NCBI GenBank assembly: GCA_051294375.1
Contig: CM119270.1
Span: forward strand, 7,389,143-7,453,142
DNA: 64,000 nt
Source: Paraspadella gotoi
Lineage: Eukaryota > Animalia > Chaetognatha
Direction: 5' to 3'
Shown: one piece after another, positions 52,308 through 64,000 of the stretch
How positions within the stretch are numbered: the stretch's first letter is position 1
Layout: each line of letters begins with the position of its first letter
Notes under the pieces: generated by a model
What the model was told of the DNA's origin: nothing
Databases searched by the model: none
Seen by the model: only the letters and a program-made list of their open reading frames with translations
Position numbers and translations under genes: made by a program

Positions 52308-53327
52308 GGAATTAAATGTTGTTCATGCGATTGTTTTATATTCATTAAAATTTTGTGCTGATTAGTTTTTTAACTTTATTTTCTTGCGAGAATGGAGAGA
52401 AAAAAAAATGATGATGACCATATCAAGTCTTATTTTAAACGTTTTTGCAGTCAAGTTTTTCTTTAGTACAATTACTTGCTTAATTAAGATAATCTTTAAA
52501 CATTTGAAAGATGACTATGAACGTAAAAGAGGAAAATTCACAGCATAATTCTATATTACTATATGCTATGTTTAATGAGCAATATTCTAAATACAACTCA
52601 CTGAAGTAGGTACAACGAATATGAAAATTATTCGTTCATTTTTTGCAAGCTATTTTAGGTTTACGTCTTTTGTTATTTTCTTCAGTTTACTTCGCATTCA
52701 TATCGAGAGAAGGCGCTTAAACCGCGAGAGTGAGAAAACAAAAGATATTTTTACCTAAATTTTACCTTTCTACTTCTATAATATCGTCACAATCCCTCAC
52801 CTTTTTTCCTACCTTTATTTTCGTCTTCTACACGGTTAAAATAAATGAAAATATTTTGTAAGCATGTACAAGGGAACTACATTATTTACAAGTATGAACA
52901 TAATCTTCATTTACTAAACTCTTTCTCTTGAGAGCTGTTAGAAAAAAAGAAGAAAATAAAAACCATTCGGTTGATTTACTTTCGACTAAATATTTTATTT
53001 TATACTGTAACATTTTATATTTTATATAATATATTTACATTCAATTTAAGTAACAATTTTACGTATTTTAAATGTAAATCCTCACGCACGACAATTTGAA
53101 ATTTGTAGGCACGCACGCCACTTTTTAGCTGTATTTTATATTTCTTTCTCCTTCTCTTTTTTAAACAGGTTTGTCTGGTTTAGACGGTTTTAAATTTTAA
53201 ATAATCCCCCCCAGAAAAACCCCGAATTCCCAAACCGATCGATCTAACCTTTATTTATTTTCAAAGCTGTTACTCAACATTAATGCACGTCCTTCTTCTA
53301 TCACCTTCTCTCGAAGCCACGCCCACA

Positions 53328-56643
<3,316 letters not shown>

Positions 56644-56737
56644 TCCGTTCCTTTAGAACATTCGGCTTACAAAATTCCTAAAATTTTAAAAAACCTCGGA
56701 GCATCAGTTGTTAAAAAGTAAAAAAACTCCCAGATTA

Positions 56738-56769
<32 letters not shown>

Positions 56770-57409
56770 AACTCTTATCAAAAGCCTTAATTTCCCACAA
56801 ATAGGGGCGACCTTTTAATCCTGTTTTTTTTTTCCCTAATTTATTCTTAATTTCGGTCAACTCGAACTACGAAAAAATTGAGCCACTATTAACATTACTT
56901 TCTCCTCTCACTGTCTGTCTCATTCACAATTTTTTTTCCCCAGATCAAAGGGCTTATATGGCGTGTTGCGTGTTGCTGCTGCCACACTTACATATTAATT
57001 TGTCTTATTTGTCAATGAAGCCTGCGCGCGCAGCGACATCGCAGGAAACAAAAAGCTATCGCGAATATTTTTAGCAATCTCATTAGTTTTGTTTTGTTTT
57101 GTTTTAGATTAGATTAGATTTGTTAGATTGATTAGATTAGATTAGATAAGATTGTAATGACATTACAATACATTTTTAGTTGCGCCGCGAATACGAAGAG
57201 ACGGAAGGTCGATCGGTTAGCATGTCTGGAAGTCAATATGTCGGCCCGTCGGTCTGTCCCACTTACAATTTAACAAGTTTCGACAAACAATGTCGGATCT
57301 GCCTACGATAATTTAGCGGTAATCAGCTAAACAGATGATAATCATGATAAGTTTTTGTTATCTCTACAGATCATAACAGATGTAATAAAACAAATCATAA
57401 TAGACTTCT

Positions 57410-57590
57410 TATTTTTAAACTTATATATTTTTTTTTACTTGCATAATTTTTTCAACTTGTACAATTTTTTCTACTTGAACAATTTTTTAAAACAAGCACA
57501 ATTTTTTCAACTTGCACTATTTTTTAAACTTGCACAATTTTTTTAATGTGCACAATTTTTTAAACTTTAAAAAATTTTTAACTTGCACTA
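57410..57590. repeat. ~20-21 bp minisatellite (AAACTTGCACAATTTTTT-type)
   Basis: About 9 imperfect tandem units. Confidence 0.8.
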
Positions 57591-57959
57591 ATTAATCAAT
57601 TATTGATGTAATGAATATCTATTCAATATCTATTCAATATCTATTCAAACAACTGATTAATCATTTATTCCATCCTTTTATCTCAGTTATCTCACTTGCA
57701 CGATTCCATCAAAACTTTATATTCAGTTCAAGCACTCACTTTCCTTCACACACACAAAATTTAATCTCAATCCATTTATACAATTAGGATTATTTAGAGT
57801 AATTATGAGGTAATATTTCAAGTAAACATGACTTTTGAATTTTCCATTTAAACTCATTTCCACTCGGACAATTTCATTGAAATTTTATATCCTACCCACA
57901 CACAAAATTTCATACCAATACAATAATCCAATCACGAGTAATTGGAGTTCAATGCTAAG

Positions 57960-58180
57960 GTGGGACGGACAGTCAAACAGACAGAGAGACAGACAGACGG
58001 ATGGACGGACGGACGGACATAATTTTTTTTGTATAAGTTTTTTTTTTGCATAATAATTCGATGTTCTGACATGATATAAGTGAATGCCCGACAAGATTTG
58101 TGGGGGAGACCGACGGACCGACAAAGTGAATTATAGAGTCGGAGACTCGGAATCTGCTATAAGCAGATCCGACTAAAAAC
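57960..58180 (-). mobile_element. DINE-1/Helentron-associated-like non-autonomous element fragment
   Basis: Minus strand reads TTTTTAGTCGGA-hairpin(tctgcttatagcaga)-TCCGACT-CTATA...GTCGGTCCGTCGGTC, followed by (CCGT/CTGT)n. Similar CCGT-tract fragments at ~57170-57305 and ~59000-59290. Confidence 0.5.
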
Positions 58181-58828
58181 TCTGGAAAAACTTCATCAAT
58201 TAGTCAACAAATTAAAGTTATGATTGAGTTGCGTGAAAAAATTCTTGGAAGGAAGAATCCGGTTTTGAGATTCGTTTAATCGTATATCTTACGTCAAACC
58301 TTCGGGTTTTCCACCGCCATTTACGACGAAGTAAATTTAAATGTTCTATTTTAGTATTTACTAAAGCAAGATCCAAATTCTTAGCATTCAAGATTTGTCT
58401 AGATTTGTACCAAATGATAACTACCGTCTTGTTAACCAATTATTCTCTAGTCTTGTTGTCTCATTATTCATGTATTTCTAACTATTTCTAACAAAATGCA
58501 ATCTCGTATAATTCGTTTTAATAATTTGTTTGATGACATTATTGATCGTATTTCATTTAATCATATTCAAACCAATATATCTCCGATAGAACTCCTACTG
58601 GGTTGGGAAATACTAGGAAAGGAGCGAATCTGTGTTCAGTTCAGTTCACTGTTCACAGTCAATTGGAGAGATTTCATGAAGTTTGTTCAACCGACTGTAG
58701 TTAGAAGTGCGATGCACTTTTGTTTCAAAGTCTATTAAAATTTGTAAATATTCTAGAGAAAATGGTAGCTTTAAAAGGCCCTAAGGTGCCTAAAGCCGCG
58801 AGTAATTAATATTGTCTATTGTCTATTG

Positions 58829-58969
<141 letters not shown>

Positions 58970-60221
58970 CATCCCTCTCCAAAAAAAAACAAACTATTGC
59001 GTCCACACTATGTTCGTCCGTCCGTCCGTCGGTCTGTCTGTCTATCCGTCAGTCTGTCTGTCCGTCCCCCTTCAATCAATCAATCAATCAATCAAGTCAA
59101 TCAATTAATCGTTATCGGCATTATTGTCGTCGTCGCTTTTGTCGTGGTCAGTGACGAATAGGCCTAAAACAAACATGGCGGATCAAATTGATTAATTAAT
59201 TAATTAATTAATTAATTGACTCATTAATTAACTTGAAATTAATTAATTAATGATTAACTAATGATCGTGGGCAGATCCGGCATTGTTTGCTCAAACTTGT
59301 GATTGCAATTAGCCAGAGTACCTTTTATCAATGTAACTCAAATGAGTTTACATAAAGAACTCTGTTTAAGTAAGTCTCGAAGGAACCTAGCATTTCATAG
59401 TATGAAAAAATTGATACAGCCGGAAAACAATACTATTACTTCCTTTTCTTTATTAATTTTTGTAGCATTTTGGGTATCGAAAGCCAAAAACTTTTTATTT
59501 TTTTATTTATCAATAATTGTAAGAAAAATGTCAAGCTGCAAAGTTTCAAAGTTTCTATATCTATTTTCGGTTTTAATCTAAATGTGACTGTTCTCAAGTA
59601 ATAAAGGCCCAAAGTTGTTCCCAAAATAGCTGTAAAGACTAAGAACTATACTGTACTAAGAAAACGGCGGTAATTTTATTTTTATGGGTCTTTTTTTTCA
59701 TCCTCAATATTCAACGAATAAATCTTTAAATAATCATTGACCTCATTTAAACGCTAATAAAACAAAATTGAAAAAAAGACTCGCTTTTCTAAGTAATAAG
59801 TAAGTTGGGAGGAAGTAAAATTATTCCTGCGACTATCGCAACTTTGCTTAGCTTGGAAGCAAATCCAGTATGTCGCTTTGTTACGTCCGTTCTCTCTACG
59901 TGGGTTAAGCTCGTGCACTCGTCCGATATTGAATACAGTTTTGCTCCTTCACAGAATCTAGAACATCTCACCAGGTTCTTTAAGAGAGTCATAAGAGATG
60001 AGGTTATTGTTAGAAAGGTCGGAATAGGATTAGGAGGAAAGTTTTTAAAGAGGCATTTAATATTACTATTAATAAAAAAGAGAAATAGGCACACGATACT
60101 AATAACTTATTTGCATCACGTGCAACGAGCATATTTTTTTGGTTTTATAATGTTTTTCTATTTCATATGTATATTATTAAAGAGTGTACATTAAATATTT
60201 GTAAATTTTTGAATAATATGT

Positions 60222-60975
60222 AGTATGGTGGACTAAAATCCAGCAATCGTTCGTCGGCGGCCATAGGTGCAGGAGGCAAGTCATTCGCCTCCCAACCCAA
60301 ACATCGGGGGTTCTTGCTCGGTGGTCGCCTAACAGTTAAGAGTGACGGGCTTGTTAATTAGCTGTAGCCGACCAAATTCAAATTTTAATGAGAACAGCAC
60401 GAAACAAATCTATTATTGGTATTAGTCATTGTGTTAAAATATTTTTTTTGCAAAAATGTTCCGAACCATGAGTAATTCGCTCATTAAAATTATTATATTG
60501 CTATATAATGTCAAAATTTTTTTTGGATATTTTAAGTTTATTTAATTTATTCTGATAGAGCTTAAAAAGTTAAGCAAAAAATGTAATTATAACTTTTGAA
60601 AATTTTGATGTTTTATTACTAAAAATTAGTAAAAACTGCTAAAATCATCGGAGATGATGATGATGATCACATCAAAATATTGAAAAAATAATAATAATTT
60701 GTGTAGACAACTTTTCATAAGCTATCTGAATCTGCTTTTAAAAAAAATTACTAGTGCTTCTAGCTATTTTGGAAAATTTTGGTCCATTGAAAGTTTTCTC
60801 AGAAATGTATAAAGTTTCATTCGGGAAGGTTCCCAAATCAAACTTCTGACCCACCCCATAGACATAGATTGGCCCTATCTTAACCCGCCTGTAACACGGT
60901 GTTACAGCCTCATCCGAAGCTCAGGGACTGCTTATTTTGAACTCTGTTACTCACTCATAATTATTACTTACTGTA
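60222..60975 (-). mobile_element. Longer reverse-orientation relative of the 7212-7476 element, with ~530 bp extra internal sequence
   Basis: 60222-60350 and 60880-60975 are reverse-complement matches to the right and left halves of 7212-7476. Confidence 0.6.
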
Positions 60976-61681
60976 GAGATAAAAAAAAACTTCGTCTCAG
61001 GTCGCTGAGGGTTTTTTACCACCCTTCGGTCCTCTCTGTGACTCAGAATTCTAAGAATCTAAGAATTCTAAGATTGCGATGATATTTTTAGTCCTTCAAA
61101 CTTAGTTCTCCGCATCGATCGTTCGATCGGACGAGCTTCGCCCTTTTCTATTCTATTACGCATTTCGAGAGAGAAAGTATAAAAGGTAGGACAACGAGGT
61201 TAAAAAGAAAAGATCGTGCCTCTCCGTTTAAATTATTCTTGTAGTTTTTCTCGCTTTTTGAAAATAGATTTAAAGACGAAATTAAATGAAAAAAAAATTA
61301 ATTAGGAAATTGTTATATAAAAAATAATTTAAAAATTAAAAATATTAATTAAATATATTAGAATAAGGAGAAAAATTAAATTAATAAAATATTAAAAGAG
61401 CTATTAAGTCTGAATAGATAGTAGATCTTCACACTTTCTATATCCTAGTTCTAAGAAAAATGAAATGAGAATTAGAGTTTTTATTACTCCTTAATAATGA
61501 TTTCATTTTAAAATAAAAATGTAATGTGATTATCGAATAAGCTTGCAATTGTGAATGTATTTTTGAACTTTTAATAGTAATGTCTGAATAAAATCAATTG
61601 GCGGTAAAGTTAATTTCACGGAATCAGACAACTCATAAGCAGTATAATTTTCTCCGTTGTGTTTATATCGATTGGGCGGAA

Positions 61682-63257
61682 ATGGATACTGGGCAAAATA
61701 TGGAAAGTAAGTTTCAGAATGAGATGATTAATGAAAATACGATGCAGTGGAAGTAAAACTTTATGATGATTACACTAGAAAGAAAATAAAAACGGCCATA
61801 TTTTGATATTTTGTTCATTAAACAATAAACAAAGAACTTTTTAAAAATCCCGCAGGGGGGACCACGACGCCTCCGAGACAGAGCCCCCTCGCGTTCATCC
61901 TCGTACGCAGACCCTCAATCTTTCTCATCTTCTTCGGCATCATCTTCATCATCCTTCAAATCATCATCACCATTGTGTACTATTCCAGCAACGATCTTCT
62001 CATCTACTCCTTGTTCTCTGGCTTCTGGGGCGGATTTTTTTTTATCATCACCGGAATTTTCGGCATCTTTGCCAACAAAAAAAATGACCTCTGTCTGGTG
62101 AGATTTCTTTTCCTTAATTCTTTTAACAGCTCCGTTAACACATTGTATAATATTTATATTTATATTAGTTGTACCATTTTCATTTATTAATAATTTTTGC
62201 TTATAATGAAAAATTTAAATAAATACTACAGGTGATGGCAAAAAGAACAAGAGAGAAATAATGAGAGAGAGAAAAATACTCTAGATACTTACTACGTTGT
62301 TATGTACCGTAGGAGAGGCATAAATAGAGAAAAGTTTTGGATCTCTTTTCTTAATCCCTATACCTACTTTTAACCTTAATATTTAACCCTGTTCTGGTTT
62401 AAGGCCTCACACATACAAGATAATAACAAAGCAGTTCCTTGAAATCATTAAATCAAGACTCTCCCAGTTACGCTTATTTACTTCCAGAGTACCTGGCTTC
62501 CCTATCAAGGAAGTGGTATAAAGTTTCAAAGAATGTTTCAATTGTATAAAGGAACCACTTCCTTAAGTATTAGAAAGGGTAATACTGTATTGTACTCTAT
62601 ACTAGCATCAAAATACAAGGAGCTAATCCTAATTACTAACCTCATCCATAACAACTCACCTAATTCTCAACCCTTTTGAGCAATTTCTAATGCTATTTTT
62701 GAACCTTATCCCGACCTATATCCTTTAGCCCTAACCTAATCACCAACTTCTAACCGATAAGTTTTGGCGGAATACGCCCCAAATTTTTGTAGTGTATATT
62801 CTTGAATTTCTTTCTTTTTTTTTTTGCAGTTGTTTTTGTTCTTCATAACTACTTTGGCTTCTGCAGTATTATCCTTAGGGGCTATAATATTTATAGGAGG
62901 TAAACGATTTCATTTTTTAAAAAAATAACAGTTTCGTTAAATGCCTATTTTAAGAAATAATCTTTTTAATATTTAGTCCCGAGCGTCACTACCGTAAAAA
63001 GAGTCCACGATGCCTTTGGAGGAATTTACCTTGCCAACGCCATACTGAGCCTCCTTTCTTCTTTTTGGGGATTCCTTGCCTCCTTTGTCTCCTGTTTCCG
63101 GCAATGCTGCGGCAATTGCTGCAGAGACTGCTATGAAGAATGCTGCGGCGATTGCTTCGACGATTGTATTTGTTGTGGTTGCAAGTGTACCACAGTCTCG
63201 GATGAAAGTGAGATACAGGAAAGGCCACCGACGATTGCGCAAATCGAAACACCTGTG
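61682..63257 (+). CDS. MS4A/CD20-like four-TM module with a Cys-rich tail (206 aa); exons 61682-61706, 61856-62097, 62830-62899, 62977-63257 (stop at 63344 if the last donor is not used)
   Basis: TM2 motif SGFWGGFFFIITGIFGIFANKKNDLCL matches the CD20/MS4A pattern. Four hydrophobic segments, consistent phases, and post-TM4 SCFRQCCGNCC. Confidence 0.82.
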
Positions 63258-63502
63258 GTAAATTTCTCTTTGAATTCAAAAAACTCTTTAAAATTTATAA
63301 AAATCAACATGATCTTAAATCTTAATATTCGCTCTAAAATTTAACGTTTTTATCAATAAGAGTAAGCTTTTGTTCTGAATATACTAAATTCATTTGTGCT
63401 AAAACATATTAAAATTAAAATAATTAAATATTTATTAATGCGTATATTCGTACGTAACTTTCACTAAGCTCTAATGTATATATATATATATTTTTTTTTT
63501 AG

Positions 63503-64000
63503 CATGTGATGACCAAACTGGAACAAAGAAAATTACAACAAAAAGTTTCTGGACCTGCAGATCTTGTTTTAAGTGAAAACTTAACAGCGCCGGAAAAGAT
63601 GGTTTTTGCAGAAATTAGAAAGGGTGATAATGACGCAACAATTTCACTCTTAAAAAATCCAAATGTAAGTATAAATTTAATATTTTTAAATGTCTTGTTT
63701 TAATTAATTGTCACTTTTAAAAGCGACTAAATTTTTTTTCACATTCATGGATAAATATTATCACATTAAAACAATTTAAGGTCGAGGTTGACCTGAATAA
63801 ACGCGACTTTTACGGACGAACCATCCTTTCTTACGCCGTTCTTCGCAATAATGAGGAACTCATTGATTTTATGACGGGAAATGAATTTCCTGCACATAGA
63901 AAACCAGTTTATATCGGAGACTGTCTCGCCTACGCAATTGAAGACCGAAATTACAGCATTGCCGAAAAAATCCTTAACTACGCCGAGTACATGGGATGGT
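63503..64000 (+). CDS. TRPC-like channel paralog 3, N-terminal part (exons 63503-63664, 63781->64000); truncated by the window end and probably continuous with the MS4A-like module
   Basis: ADLVLSENLTAPEKMVFAEIRKGD and DLNKRDFYGRTILSYAVLRNNEELIDFMTG...GDCLAYAIEDRNYSIAEK align with paralogs 1 and 2 and share the same intron position. Confidence 0.88.

Noticed and set aside
59789-60194. Overlapping 100-130 aa ORFs on both strands
   Set aside because: No recognisable motif or splice structure; possibly a decayed repeat, cannot be supported.

Overview
Intron-containing, microsatellite-rich animal (invertebrate-like) genomic DNA from a gapped draft assembly. Most ORF-track entries are simple-repeat noise, so genes were rebuilt by hand from GT-AG sites and reading-frame phase. 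Contents in order: (1) an Ig-ectodomain receptor tyrosine kinase (+) with a Ret/FGFR/Cad96Ca-type kinase, present as several indel-rich copies separated by N-gaps; (2) a convergent orphan secreted Cys-containing gene (-) with two candidate alternative exons; (3) an MCC-like coiled-coil gene (+); (4) two tandem divergent TRPC-like channel genes (+); (5) a PR/SET plus six-C2H2 PRDM-like gene (+); (6) a FAAH2-like amidase (-); (7) an MS4A/CD20-like four-TM module whose last exon appears to splice in frame into a third TRPC-like paralog running off the window end. This putative MS4A-TRP chimeric channel is the most notable observation. Several small non-autonomous elements are also present. All gene models are predictions without transcript data, and family calls come from motif recognition, not database searches.
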